From: Deltaproteobacteria bacterium
GTDB taxonomy: Bacteria; Myxococcota_A; Polyangia; Fen-1088
Assembly (NCBI GenBank): GCA_033763315.1
Contig: JANRKS010000033.1
Span: forward strand, 1-55,167
Direction: 5' to 3'
Length of the DNA: 55,167 bases
Shown here: positions 18,185 through 28,582 of the stretch, piece by piece
Position numbering within the stretch: position 1 is the first letter of the stretch
Layout of the letters: each line of letters starts with the position of its first letter
Position numbers and translations under genes: made by a program
The notes under the pieces: generated by a model
What the model was told of the DNA's origin: nothing
The model's input: only the letters and a program-made list of their open reading frames with translations
Database searches by the model: none

Positions 18185-19561
18185 ATGTCACGAACTCTGC
18201 TTGTCAAAACCGGCATCACTGCCCTCTTAGCGCTGCTCTTACTCATACCCTTGGCGGGCGTTGAATCCATCGTCCGTGAACGGATCGGCCTGCGCGATTC
18301 CGTGGTGGCCAACATCCAACAAAGTTCCGTCACCACCCAGCGGCTTGTGGGACCAATTCTGGTTGTGCCATTTCAGAAGACCATCATTGATGTCGTTGTT
18401 GATACGAAAGCCGGTGTAAGCACGCGGACGTCGCGCACCGAAGATGGGCAGCTTCTGCTTCTGCCCCAGCACTTGGACGTCAATTCTGAAGCCACCACAC
18501 AAAAACGCTACCGAGGCATCTATTCGGCGTTGCTCTACGACACAAAGAACATCTTAACGGGCAAATTCATTGTGCCGCCCGACTTTGGCATCAACAATCC
18601 CACGCCTGAGACGGTGAAGTACAGCTTCGGTGAAGCGCACGTCGCGTTGGGCATGGATGATCCGCGCGGTATTCGCGGCGGTCTCGAACTGCAGTGGAAT
18701 GCGGCGCAACACGCATTCGAAGGGGGCACGGGCGCGGCGCCGCTGCCCAACGGCGTCCATGCTTCCGTGGGCCGTCTTTCGCCAAACGGCGTGGACCACC
18801 ACTTCAGCATCGCGTTGCACATGCAAGGCGCCCAAACGCTGGAGCTCGTTCCCACGGGTCAAACCACCACCTTCAGCTTGCGATCGACGTGGCCTCACCC
18901 CAGCTTCATGGGTCAATTTCTGCCTGAGAGCCACGCGATCAACGCCGCCGGCTTCGAGGCGGTTTGGCGCACGTCACGTTTGGCCACCAATATGGAGCAA
19001 GCCCTGCAGTCCTGCAACGGTCAGCACGATTGCCCTGCTTTGCTCGCCAAGACCGCCGGCGTTGCCTTTGTTGAACCAGTTGACATCTATTTGATGTTGG
19101 AGCGCTCGGCCAAATACGGCTTCTTGTTTGTGGCGTTCACGTTCGTGCTGTTCAGCCTCTTCGAGTTGCTCAAGCGCTTGGCCATACACCCTGTGCAATA
19201 CGCCTTGGTTGGCGTGGCGTTGGCAATGTTCTTCCTGCTGCTGGTGGCGTTGTCGGAGCATTTGGCCTTCGGCCTTGCCTATGCCATCGCGGCCTCAAGC
19301 TGCGTGTTGCTGCTGGCCTTCTACGTCAGCTACGTCTTGCGCGGCATCAAACGCGCCGCAGGCTTCGCAAGCCTGCTTGCGCTGCTTTATGGTGCGCTCT
19401 ACGTGTTGCTGCAGTCTGAAGATATGGCCCTGTTGCTGGGCGCCATTTTGTTGTTCGGTATCCTCGCCGCCATCATGGTGCTAACCAGGCGGATCGATTG
19501 GTACCGTCTCACAGCCGCGCCGGTGCCCGTAGAGACCAAACAGCAGCAACCCCAACAATAG
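18185..19561 (+). CDS. creD: Inner membrane protein CreD
   Basis: GPILVVP, YRGIYSALLY, WPHPSFMG, RSAKYGFLF, IHPVQYALVG, LSEH, TRRIDWY; AAAGGA RBS before ATG 18185. Confidence 0.95.
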   Translation: MSRTLLVKTGITALLALLLLIPLAGVESIVRERIGLRDSVVANIQQSSVTTQRLVGPILVVPFQKTIIDVVVDTKAGVSTRTSRTEDGQLLLLPQHLDVNSEATTQKRYRGIYSALLYDTKNILTGKFIVPPDFGINNPTPETVKYSFGEAHVALGMDDPRGIRGGLELQWNAAQHAFEGGTGAAPLPNGVHASVGRLSPNGVDHHFSIALHMQGAQTLELVPTGQTTTFSLRSTWPHPSFMGQFLPESHAINAAGFEAVWRTSRLATNMEQALQSCNGQHDCPALLAKTAGVAFVEPVDIYLMLERSAKYGFLFVAFTFVLFSLFELLKRLAIHPVQYALVGVALAMFFLLLVALSEHLAFGLAYAIAASSCVLLLAFYVSYVLRGIKRAAGFASLLALLYGALYVLLQSEDMALLLGAILLFGILAAIMVLTRRIDWYRLTAAPVPVETKQQQPQQ

Positions 19562-20965
19562 CCACACGCCAAAGCGCAGCCAGTTCATCAGCGGCAAGCC
19601 GCACATTAAGATCACGCAGAACAAAGCCGAAAGCCCTGGCACCCAAGGGTAGCCGGGGCAGCGGAACGGCCGGTGCATCGCCGGTTGGGACACGCGCAGC
19701 ACGATCACGCCCACCGAGACCAAGAAGAACGCGAACAGCGTGCCGATGCTTGTGAGCTCCAAAGCTTGGCTCGGTGTCATGAGGCTGGGCATCGCAGCCA
19801 CGAATACGCCCGTGACGATTGTGCCGAACGCAGGCGTGGCAAAGCGTGGGTGCACGCGTGCGAACGCGGGTGGCAACAGACCGTCGCGCGCCATGCACAT
19901 CAAGATGCGGGGTTGGCCCATCTGAAACACCAGCAGCACCGCCGTCACCGCCAACACGGCACCAAGCGCCATCACGCCCGCCAGCCTTTCTAGATGCACG
20001 CGCAAAAGCACATAGGCCAGCGGATCGCCCACCCCTAGTTCGCTTGAAGGCACAAGCCCCGTCATCACCAGCGCCGTCAGCACATAGATAACGGCACACA
20101 AACCCAACGCGATGATCATCGCCCGCGGCAACTGTTTCGTCGGATCTTTGACTTCCTCTGCCGCTGTCGAGATGGCATCAAAGCCAATGTAAGAAAAGAA
20201 CGCCAACGAAGCCGCCGTCCACACGCCACGCACACCACCGGGCGCAAACGGACGCCAATGCGCGGGCTCCACATAGAACGCGCCCACGCCCACGAACATG
20301 CACAGCAGCAGCAGCTTGCCCAACACAAGCAGGCTGTTGACGCGCGCGCTGCCGCGGATGCCGCGCACCAACACGATGGTGAGCACGCACGTGATGAACG
20401 CCGCAGGCAAATTGAAGGCCACTGTGAACGATCCGATGTGTGGTGCCACCGACGCAATTGCCTCCGTGTGCGCCGCCGTTTGCACATCGGTGGTCATCCA
20501 CACCGGCAGTTGCAACCCAACCGTGCGGCCCAACAACACTTGGAAATACTCGGCCCAACTTTGCGCCACATAGATGTTGCCGATTGCATACTCGATGACC
20601 AGATCCCACCCGATGATCCACGCGGGCAGCTTTCCCAGCGTCACATACGCATACGTGTAGGCGCTGCCTGCCACTGGCACCACCGACGCCATTTCGGCGT
20701 AAGCCATCGCTGCAAAGCCACACGCGATGGCGGTGACAATGAATGAGATCACCAAAGCCGGACCGGCGCCTGGCCGATGCGCGTTGCCCGCAGCCAATTC
20801 GCCAATGCTTGAGAACACGCCTGCGCCCACCACGGCGCCCACGCCCAGAAACACAAGCGATCGTGTACCTAAACGCCGCGCCAGACCATGTGGCTGCGCG
20901 GCCGCTTCCGCAAGCGCCGCCGCCACAGATTTACGAACGAACAGCGATTCGCTAAGGGGCCGCAT
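19481..20965 (-). CDS. APC-family amino acid permease
   Basis: GVGAVVGAGVF, AGPA, YAEMAS, GSAYTY, FFSYIGFDAIST.AEE, RPFRCP; about 12 TM segments. Confidence 0.9.
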   Translation of the reverse strand: MRPLSESLFVRKSVAAALAEAAAQPHGLARRLGTRSLVFLGVGAVVGAGVFSSIGELAAGNAHRPGAGPALVISFIVTAIACGFAAMAYAEMASVVPVAGSAYTYAYVTLGKLPAWIIGWDLVIEYAIGNIYVAQSWAEYFQVLLGRTVGLQLPVWMTTDVQTAAHTEAIASVAPHIGSFTVAFNLPAAFITCVLTIVLVRGIRGSARVNSLLVLGKLLLLCMFVGVGAFYVEPAHWRPFAPGGVRGVWTAASLAFFSYIGFDAISTAAEEVKDPTKQLPRAMIIALGLCAVIYVLTALVMTGLVPSSELGVGDPLAYVLLRVHLERLAGVMALGAVLAVTAVLLVFQMGQPRILMCMARDGLLPPAFARVHPRFATPAFGTIVTGVFVAAMPSLMTPSQALELTSIGTLFAFFLVSVGVIVLRVSQPAMHRPFRCPGYPWVPGLSALFCVILMCGLPLMNWLRFGVWLLLGLLLFGLYGHRRGCETVPIDPPG

Positions 20966-21164
20966 GCCGCGCGCTCTTGCGGGCGCGCAAGGCGAAGCCA
21001 AGCATGGTGCCACCAAACACGGTCATCACCACGCCCCACCACAAGTTGATGTTTGTGCCCTGCGACTGCGCCATGTTCGGGTGGCCAAACAGGCCGTAGA
21101 GCATCAGCACAAGGCCATCGACCAAGAACATGCCACCAATGGGAGTTCGGATATCGAGTTTCAT
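20952..21164 (-). CDS. Small two-TM protein associated with the solute symporter
   Basis: MKLDIRTPIGGMF...NINLWWGVVM; sits directly downstream of the SSS gene and overlaps the permease start. Confidence 0.75.
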   Translation of the reverse strand: MKLDIRTPIGGMFLVDGLVLMLYGLFGHPNMAQSQGTNINLWWGVVMTVFGGTMLGFALRARKSARHAAP

Positions 21165-21185
21165 GATTTTGTCTTTCCCTGCGGC

Positions 21186-22889
21186 CTAGAAGAAGATCAG
21201 GTTCAACACCAACGTCATTGCCAACACAACGCCCGCCAGCAGCGCGGGTTGTTTGTGAAATGGCACGTCTTCGCGTGGTTGCGGCGTCAGGCTGTAAACC
21301 AAGCCCGTCAGCTCTTCTTCGGTCTTCTTCTGCTTGGTGAGCAATGACACCAAAATCGTCACCGCCAAGCAGCTGCCAAACGAATAGATCGCCGTCCAAA
21401 ACCCTTGCGCCATCTCGCTTGGGTATGTGTGAAGCACGGCGATGTACCCGCCTTTGATCGGACTATCGGCGCCCACGGGCTTGGTTAACGCGTGGTGAAT
21501 GGCCGCGCCCACCGTGCCGCCCAGCAAACCAAAGAAGGCGCCGTGGCCTGTGGCGCGCTTCCAGAACATGCCCAGCAAGAATGTGGCAAACAGCGGCGCG
21601 TTCACGAACGCGAACACCAATTGCAACATGTCCATGATGTTGTTGAACGAGCTCACCACGTAAGCCGCACCGATGCTCAACACCAAACCAGCCACGGTGG
21701 CCACGCGACCCATCCACAAGTAATGCTCGTCCTTTTGGCCGGGGCGAATGTAGCTTTGGTAAATGTCGTACGTCCACACCGTGTTAAACGCGGTGACGTT
21801 GCCGGCCATGCCGCTCATGAACGACGCCACAAGCGCAGTCATGCCCAAGCCCAGCACGCCCGAGGGCAGTAACTGCTTCAACATCATCGGCACCGTGCTG
21901 TCGTAGTTCAGTGAACCATCGGGCTTGGACGGCAGCGTGAAACCAGAGCCGCTGTTGTGCAGCGCGATCGCAATCATACCGGGCAAGATCACCAAGAACG
22001 GGAAGAACATCTTCGGCACCGCCGCGATCAATGGTGTGCGGCGTGCGGCTGACATCGAGTCGGCTGCCATCGCACGCTGGACCACCAAGAAATCGGTGCA
22101 CCAGTAACCGAACGAAAGCACGAAGCCCAAGCCCATCACCAAGCCGAAGCCTTCAACGCCCATGGGGTTCGATTCCGCCGTGCCCAAATGCTTCCACGAT
22201 TCGGTCCAAGCGCCCGGTGCAAAGTGGTTCAACGTGGACGTGGCTTGCAGCTTCAACATCAAGCCATCCCAGCCGCCCACCAAGCGCAAACCAATGAACA
22301 CCAGCGGCGCCAAGCCGAACACGATCAGGAAAAACTGCAGCACTTCGTTGTAGATGGCCGACGTCAGCCCGCCCAAACCGATGTAGGCCAAAATCACAAC
22401 CGCCGAGATGGTGACGCTGAAGGTGAAGTTCCAACCCAGCAGATCTTTCATCATCACGCCCATGCCGTACATGGACGCGCCCGAAGAGAAGATCGTCATC
22501 GCTGCAAACGAAACGGCATTCAAGCCGCGCGTTTTTTCGTCGAAACGCAGCTTCAAATACTCGGGCACCGAACGCGCCTTTGACCCGTAGTAAAACGGCA
22601 TCATGAAGATGCCCACGAACACCATCGCGGGGATCGCGCCGATCCAATAAAAGTGGCTCGTCATCATGCCGTACTTGGCGCCTGACGCGCCCATACCCAT
22701 GACTTCCTGTGCACCCAAGTTCGCCGAGATGAAGGCCAGGCCCGTGATCCACGCCGGGATGGATCGCCCCGACATGAAGAACTCGTGGCTGCTCGTGGTG
22801 GTGCGTTTGAGCGCAAAGCCAATGCCCAACACGAACACGAAGTAGGTCAGCAACAGAACGTAGTCAACGAGAGCCAGTTGAAGATGCAT
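21186..22889 (-). CDS. Sodium:solute symporter (SSS; probably sugar/polyol)
   Basis: FFMSGRS, SANLGA, SVPEYLKLRF, GGLTSAIYNEVLQ, YWCTDFLVVQRAMAA, ASFMS. Confidence 0.92.
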   Translation of the reverse strand: MHLQLALVDYVLLLTYFVFVLGIGFALKRTTTSSHEFFMSGRSIPAWITGLAFISANLGAQEVMGMGASGAKYGMMTSHFYWIGAIPAMVFVGIFMMPFYYGSKARSVPEYLKLRFDEKTRGLNAVSFAAMTIFSSGASMYGMGVMMKDLLGWNFTFSVTISAVVILAYIGLGGLTSAIYNEVLQFFLIVFGLAPLVFIGLRLVGGWDGLMLKLQATSTLNHFAPGAWTESWKHLGTAESNPMGVEGFGLVMGLGFVLSFGYWCTDFLVVQRAMAADSMSAARRTPLIAAVPKMFFPFLVILPGMIAIALHNSGSGFTLPSKPDGSLNYDSTVPMMLKQLLPSGVLGLGMTALVASFMSGMAGNVTAFNTVWTYDIYQSYIRPGQKDEHYLWMGRVATVAGLVLSIGAAYVVSSFNNIMDMLQLVFAFVNAPLFATFLLGMFWKRATGHGAFFGLLGGTVGAAIHHALTKPVGADSPIKGGYIAVLHTYPSEMAQGFWTAIYSFGSCLAVTILVSLLTKQKKTEEELTGLVYSLTPQPREDVPFHKQPALLAGVVLAMTLVLNLIFF

Positions 22890-22925
22890 ACGAAATCCCT
22901 GCGGTGGTGAAGAAGGAGGCGAGGG

Positions 22926-23564
22926 TTAACTTGTGGCGGGTCGCGTGGCGCGGTTCTTCAGGTAACCAACGATCGCAGGCAGCAGCGACAAGAAGATGAT
23001 CACCAAGGCCAACAACTCGATGTGCTTGGTGACCCCAGGGGCGATGTTGGCCAACACATAACCCGCCATCACCATGCTCACCACCCAACCGATGCCGCCG
23101 CCGATGTTGAAGGATAAGAAGCGCTTGTAATCCATATTGCCCACGCCGGCCACCACCGGCGCGAACGTGCGCACGATCGGCATAAAGCGCGCCATCACGA
23201 TCGTTTTTCCGCCGTGCTTTTCATAAAAGCGTTGGCTTGTGAGCAGGTGCTTGCGGTGGAACAAGAAAGAGTCTTCGCGGCTGAAGATCTTTCGCCCCGC
23301 CTTCTTGCCGATCCAGTACCCCACTGTGTCGCCGATGATGGCGGCTATGGACGTGAGCACGATCAGCAGCGGCGCATTAAGCACAGCTTTGCCCAACGGG
23401 TTAAACGGCGTGCAGAAGATCCCCGCCGTCACCAGCAGTGAATCGCCCGGCAGGAAGAAGCCCACCAACAGGCCCGTCTCGGCGAACACAATCGCCACGA
23501 TGCCAAGCAAGCCCACCATGGGCACAAGAACTTCAGGTTTAAGCAACTCGCGTATTTCGTGCAT
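22926..23564 (-). CDS. DedA-family membrane protein
   Basis: FAETGLLVGFFLPGDSLL, GDTVGYWIG, FYEKHGGKTIVMARFMPIVRTFAP. Confidence 0.93.
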   Translation of the reverse strand: MHEIRELLKPEVLVPMVGLLGIVAIVFAETGLLVGFFLPGDSLLVTAGIFCTPFNPLGKAVLNAPLLIVLTSIAAIIGDTVGYWIGKKAGRKIFSREDSFLFHRKHLLTSQRFYEKHGGKTIVMARFMPIVRTFAPVVAGVGNMDYKRFLSFNIGGGIGWVVSMVMAGYVLANIAPGVTKHIELLALVIIFLSLLPAIVGYLKNRATRPATS

Positions 23565-23708
23565 GTGAGGGCAGGTCTTTTATCACGACCTTGGCCCAAT
23601 TCGCGGTTTGCGTTTCGCAATGGGCTGTTTTTGTAACGCCCTTTATTTGCCGACAAAACGCCTGCGCCCGCCTCGCGCGCTGCGCTGTTGGCCTGCTAGG
23701 TTTCTCCC

Positions 23709-24980
23709 ATGACGAACCAGTTACCCCACGTTGTGATCGTTGGCGGTGGCTTCGGAGGTTTGGAAGCCGCAAAACGCCTGGCCAAGCAGCAGGTCCGCGT
23801 CACGTTGATTGATCGCCGGAACCATCACTTGTTCCAGCCGCTGCTGTACCAAGTGGCAACCGGGGGGCTGTCGGCGGCGGAGATCGCGATGCCTATCCGC
23901 AAGTTCATGCACAACCACAAAAACGTGACGGTTTGGTTGGCGGAGGTGGCCGACATCAAGCCCGCCGAGAAGCAGGTTGTGTGCACCGATGGGCAGGCGT
24001 TGGCCTACGACTATTTGATCCTCGCCACGGGGGCCACACACAGTTATTTCGGCAACGACGCGTGGGCCAATGTGGCCCCCGGGCTCAAAACCGTGGAGGA
24101 TGCGTTCGAGATTCGCCGCCGCGTGTTTTCGGCCTTCGAACGCGCCGAACGCTCAACGGATCCGCAACAGCGCCAAGCCGATCTCACCTTCGTTATCGTG
24201 GGCGGCGGCCCCACGGGTGTAGAGCTCGCGGGCACCATCGCGGAGATCTCACGCAACACTTTGGTTGGTGAGTTTCGCACCGTGGATCCGAAGTCGACGC
24301 GCGTCCTCTTGGTTGAGGGCGTAGACCGCGTCTTGCCCACGTTTTCGCAGAAATTGTCGGCTTCGGCGCACAAGCAGCTTGAGGCCATCGGTGTTGAGAT
24401 CAAACTTAAGACCAAAGTCACTGACATCAACGAAAACGGCGTCACACTCGACGGAACGGAGCAAGTGCCGTCACACACGGTGTTGTGGGCTGCAGGCGTG
24501 AAGGCCTCAGGGTTGGGCGCCAAAACAGGTGGGCCCCTGGAACGCAATGGACAGGTGAAGATCGAGCCCGACCTTTCATTGCCCGGGCACCGCGAAGTGT
24601 TTGTGGTGGGCGATTTGGCCAGCCTCACCGTGGAGGGAAAACGCGTGCCCGGTGTGGCTCAAGGGGCGTTACAGATGGGGCGGCACGCGGCGCAAAACGT
24701 GATCGCACTGATGGCGGGCCAAGCCACCAAACCCTTCCGATACAACGACAAGGGCAACATGGCCACGATCGGTCGATCGTCGGCGGTGGCGCAGATTGGC
24801 AAGCTGGAGTTCGGGGGCTTCTTGGCGTGGATGGCCTGGGCCTTGGTGCACCTCGTGTCGCTCATTGGCTTTCGGAACCGCGTGGTCACACTCGTCAACT
24901 GGACGTGGGCCTACTTCACGTTCCAGCGCAGCGGCCGGCTCATCTTGGACCGCAACAAGCCCCCAGCGGCCAACTCATAA
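23709..24980 (+). CDS. ndh: Type II NADH dehydrogenase (NDH-2)
   Basis: GGGFGG, HLFQPLLYQVATG, GGGPTGVELAG, WAAGV, GD, KGNMATIGR. Confidence 0.92.
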   Translation: MTNQLPHVVIVGGGFGGLEAAKRLAKQQVRVTLIDRRNHHLFQPLLYQVATGGLSAAEIAMPIRKFMHNHKNVTVWLAEVADIKPAEKQVVCTDGQALAYDYLILATGATHSYFGNDAWANVAPGLKTVEDAFEIRRRVFSAFERAERSTDPQQRQADLTFVIVGGGPTGVELAGTIAEISRNTLVGEFRTVDPKSTRVLLVEGVDRVLPTFSQKLSASAHKQLEAIGVEIKLKTKVTDINENGVTLDGTEQVPSHTVLWAAGVKASGLGAKTGGPLERNGQVKIEPDLSLPGHREVFVVGDLASLTVEGKRVPGVAQGALQMGRHAAQNVIALMAGQATKPFRYNDKGNMATIGRSSAVAQIGKLEFGGFLAWMAWALVHLVSLIGFRNRVVTLVNWTWAYFTFQRSGRLILDRNKPPAANS

Positions 24981-25114
24981 ACGCACTCCGAAACCCCCCG
25001 GAAACCTGGCGCGGGCATTCGCCGCCAAACCGCTGCACCTTGCCTTGACGGGCTGGGCGTTGCGCCCTAAACCGATTCGTCACCGATGCCTCATACCCCG
25101 GTGGCTGCCGGCCG

Positions 25115-25726
25115 ATGAGCCCCCCCGAACCCCAAGACGAGCCGCTTTTCCCGGTCTTCCTGAAATTGAAGGGCCGGCGCGTGCTTTTGGTGGGCGCGGG
25201 GCCCGTGGCGGCGCAAAAATACGCCGCTTTGCGGGAGGCGCAGGCCAACGTGCGTGTGGTCGCGCCCGAAATCAGCCCGGCGTTTGCTGCTCTGGGCACC
25301 GATGGCGCCGAAGTCCGCCTGCGTGCCTTTGAGCCCGCCGATCTCGATGGCGTTTATTATGTGGTGGCCGCGGCCCCGCCCGCCGTGAACCGCGCGGTGA
25401 CGGATGCGGCCGAAGCCCGTTGCTTGTTCGTCAACGCGGTGGACGATCTCGCTGCGGCCACGGCCTATGCCTGTGCTCTGGTGCGCCGCGGGCCCGCCAC
25501 CATTGCGATTTCGACTGGAGGCGAGGCGCCCGCTTTGGCCGGCCTGCTACGCGAGGGTTTCGAGGCGCTCATGCCAGCCGAAGCGCCCGATTGGGTGGCC
25601 GAATCCAAGCGATTGCGCGACGTGTGGCGCGCTGAAAAGCTGCCCTTGCCCGAACGCCGTCCGCGCTTGCTGCAGGCGATCAACGCGCTTTACGAAGGCC
25701 GCCTTGCAAAGGCACCACAGCCATGA
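25115..25726 (+). CDS. Precorrin-2 dehydrogenase / sirohydrochlorin ferrochelatase (CysG N-terminal half)
   Basis: FPVFLKLKGRRVLLVGAGPVA, VNAVDD, IAISTGGEAPALA. Confidence 0.88.
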   Translation: MSPPEPQDEPLFPVFLKLKGRRVLLVGAGPVAAQKYAALREAQANVRVVAPEISPAFAALGTDGAEVRLRAFEPADLDGVYYVVAAAPPAVNRAVTDAAEARCLFVNAVDDLAAATAYACALVRRGPATIAISTGGEAPALAGLLREGFEALMPAEAPDWVAESKRLRDVWRAEKLPLPERRPRLLQAINALYEGRLAKAPQP

Positions 25727-26523
25727 CGACCGAGCGGCTGCGTGGTCAAGTGACACTGGTGGGTGCCGGTCCCGGCGATCCGGATCTGCTCACGGTGCGC
25801 GCGGTTCGTCGGTTGGCCGACGCCGATCTGGTGCTCTACGACGCGCTTTCGTCCCCCCAAGCCCGCAGCTTGGCGCCCGAGGCCCGCTGGTTTTTCGTGG
25901 GCAAACGCGCGGGGCGCCACTCCATGTCGCAAGCCACGATCAACCGCTTGATGATCCGCGAGGCGCAGCGCGGGCGGCACGTGGTGCGGCTTAAAAGCGG
26001 TGATCCGTTTGTCCTCGGCCGCGGTGGCGAAGAGGCGGAGGCGTTGCTTGAGGCGGGCATCCCGTTCGAGGTTGTGCCCGGCGTGACCTCAGCGATCGCC
26101 GCGCCTGCGTTGGCGGGCATTCCCGTCACCCACCGCGGCCTATCCACGGGCTTCGTGGTGATCTCGGGTCACGCCCCCTCGTCTTATGGCCCACTGTTCG
26201 ATAGCTTGGCGCCCGGGGCCGTCACTGTGGTTGTGCTCATGGGCTTGGGCGAACGTGGCGCCATCGCAGACCGCTTGATCGCGCGCGGTTGGCAACCCAG
26301 CACCCCCGTGGCTGTGCTTTTGGGGGCGGCCACCGACGCCGCCTGGCGGTGGATCGGCACGCTGGCCGAGCTCGGCGAGGTCACGTTCCCGGCTCCGGAG
26401 GCCCCGAACCCCGGTTACGGTTTGATGCCGCGATCGCCGGGAATTCTGGTGATTGGTGATGTGGTGAACCTCGCGGCCCGGCTAGACTGCGCCGATGCCC
26501 TTGCAACGAACCACGCTGGATAA
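25723..26523 (+). CDS. cobA: Uroporphyrinogen-III C-methyltransferase
   Basis: [48 protein letters not shown]. Confidence 0.93.
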   Translation: MTTERLRGQVTLVGAGPGDPDLLTVRAVRRLADADLVLYDALSSPQARSLAPEARWFFVGKRAGRHSMSQATINRLMIREAQRGRHVVRLKSGDPFVLGRGGEEAEALLEAGIPFEVVPGVTSAIAAPALAGIPVTHRGLSTGFVVISGHAPSSYGPLFDSLAPGAVTVVVLMGLGERGAIADRLIARGWQPSTPVAVLLGAATDAAWRWIGTLAELGEVTFPAPEAPNPGYGLMPRSPGILVIGDVVNLAARLDCADALATNHAG

Positions 26524-27283
26524 ATTAGAGATCACCGATGAGCCCGCGTTCGCCGCGTTGCCCATCTACGGGCAGCTCAAAGCGCACGTCATCGCGTCTA
26601 AATATCCGTTCTTGGTGCCCGACAAGCACACCAACTTTTCTTGGGATCGCGCGCTGTTTTTAAACCTGACGTTTTGGAACGGCCAACACGGCGCCGATGT
26701 TTTGGTGGAGCGTGAAATCCCCGCCGACGTTGTGGCCCACGTGGCGTGGCACTCCCTCACCAACCTTCACCTTGCAAAAGCGGTGGGCGAACACCCTGCC
26801 TCGGCGGCCGGCATGTTCTTGGGCGAATCGATCGCGAGTGCCTTTGATCTCTACTTGCTGGGAAAATTGATCCGCAGCGCGCCCGGCTGCGATTTTGTCA
26901 CCACGCAGGTTCCCATTATGGCCGAAGCGGCTGAACTGGCCGGTTTGCCCGACAAAGGCTTCGAGCGTTTGCTTGAGGGTGTGGCCAGCGATCCGGATCG
27001 CGCGTTCGAAGATCTGCGCAGCTATCTCATGGACGTCACGCAGGCGCTGCTGCCCGCGCCTTCGGCCGATGCCGCACAAGAGATCCTCGAAAACCACGAA
27101 GGTCATCGCTTTGCGCCGCTTCTGCATCATTACCAAGTGTCCAACTGGCTGCTTTACGCGCGTGCGTACGCAGCAGCCTCCACACCTGTGCAAGCGGCTG
27201 TGGAGCAGACTGATGAGCAATTGCGCCGAGCCCCGTCATCGGTCGATTGGCTGCAAGAACATTGGCTTGGCGCCCATCGATAG
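26495..27283 (+). CDS. Hypothetical protein with HxxxH...E putative metal-binding motif
   Basis: 262-aa ORF overlapping the cobA end; VAHVAWH followed by LGESIASAFD. Confidence 0.7.
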   Translation: MPLQRTTLDKLEITDEPAFAALPIYGQLKAHVIASKYPFLVPDKHTNFSWDRALFLNLTFWNGQHGADVLVEREIPADVVAHVAWHSLTNLHLAKAVGEHPASAAGMFLGESIASAFDLYLLGKLIRSAPGCDFVTTQVPIMAEAAELAGLPDKGFERLLEGVASDPDRAFEDLRSYLMDVTQALLPAPSADAAQEILENHEGHRFAPLLHHYQVSNWLLYARAYAAASTPVQAAVEQTDEQLRRAPSSVDWLQEHWLGAHR

Positions 27284-27349
27284 TGGTTCTCGTTCTCGAT
27301 AGGCATCCGGCCCGCTTCTGGCTGTGCGCCACGCAACGGGCTATGCTCT

Positions 27350-28582
27350 TTGCAACCCACTGTGCGTTTACGCCTCCTTCCGTTTGTTGCTGTGTTCTTC
27401 GCTGGCGTGGCGTTCGCGCAGGGCCCTGTGCCGCCGCTGACGCGTGAACGCGTGGAAGCTTTGTTGTTGCTGTCGCCCGCGGCGCAGGTTGTGCACGCCA
27501 CCGTCAACGAAACCGCGGCGGCGCGCCCCGGCCAAGCTGTGTGGCAGCAGAACCCTGAACTTCAGGTGTATGGGGGGCCCCGCAAATCGCCCGCGCTCGG
27601 CACGCAAACAGATTTGGGAGTGGCGCTGATGGTGCCGCTTGATGTGACGGGCGCTCGCGGTCGGCGCATGGCCCTGGCCGACGCGCGCACCACGTTGGCC
27701 CGTGCACTGGCCGCCGAGGCGCTGTGGCGTTTGCGCTTTGAGGCCTTGGATGTGTGGTTGCAAGTGCAAGGCGCTGTGGCCCGCGCGGATGTGGCCAAGC
27801 AGAGGTACGATCTGGATGAAAAGGTGCTGCAATCCATCGAGACGCGCTTTGGTGCGGGCGTGATCGGCGAAGCCGATGTGGCGTTGGCGCGCGCCGTGAA
27901 ATCGGAGGCGTTGGGACGGGTGCGTCTGGCTCAAGCCGAGCGCGATCGTTTGGCGTTTTTGTTGTTAGGCCGGCTCGGCGTTCCCACCGAAACGTTTGCG
28001 TTCGATGGCGTGATGCCATTGGCCGACGCGCCGCCGTTGCCAAACTTGTTGGCGTCGCTTGCACAACGCCCCGATCGCGTGCGGCAACAGTGGGAGCAAG
28101 CGGCTTATGCGGCCGATCAGCGCCTGCAAGATCGCATGGCCTACCCAGTGCCACGCGTGCAAGGTGAGTACGCCAAAGAAGCCGACGAGCGTCTCGCTCG
28201 ATTCAACCTCACCTTGCCCTTGCCTCTGTTCGCGCGCAATCAATCGGCGCGCGCGGTTGCCGAGGCCCGGGTGGTGACGTCTGCATTGCAACAGAAGGCG
28301 CTTGAAGCGCAAGCGCAATCGGAAGTGCGATCAGCTTACGCCCGTTGGCAAAGCTCGCTCGCAGCCTATCAACAGATGAACGCCTCTCAAGCCGATTTAC
28401 AGCTGGCCATGACGTTGTCCACGCGTGGTTATGAGCTCGGCCAAATTTCGTTGGGTCAATTGTTGATTGCCCGCCGCGAGGTCACGAACGTGCGTGAATC
28501 GGTGGTGCAAGCACAATTGGAGGCGGCGCGCGCGCGTTTGGCCCTTGAACAAGCCACGTTTGTGCAAAGGCAGGAGCCGTGA
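27350..28582 (+). CDS. TolC/CzcC-family outer membrane efflux protein
   Basis: Signal peptide, NPEL, LPLPLFARNQ, helical repeats; first gene of an RND operon. Start may be GTG 27362. Confidence 0.85.
   Translation: MQPTVRLRLLPFVAVFFAGVAFAQGPVPPLTRERVEALLLLSPAAQVVHATVNETAAARPGQAVWQQNPELQVYGGPRKSPALGTQTDLGVALMVPLDVTGARGRRMALADARTTLARALAAEALWRLRFEALDVWLQVQGAVARADVAKQRYDLDEKVLQSIETRFGAGVIGEADVALARAVKSEALGRVRLAQAERDRLAFLLLGRLGVPTETFAFDGVMPLADAPPLPNLLASLAQRPDRVRQQWEQAAYAADQRLQDRMAYPVPRVQGEYAKEADERLARFNLTLPLPLFARNQSARAVAEARVVTSALQQKALEAQAQSEVRSAYARWQSSLAAYQQMNASQADLQLAMTLSTRGYELGQISLGQLLIARREVTNVRESVVQAQLEAARARLALEQATFVQRQEP

Noticed and set aside
25006-25022. Possible sigma54 promoter upstream of the siroheme genes
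   Set aside because: GG-to-GC spacing is 11 nt rather than the required 10.
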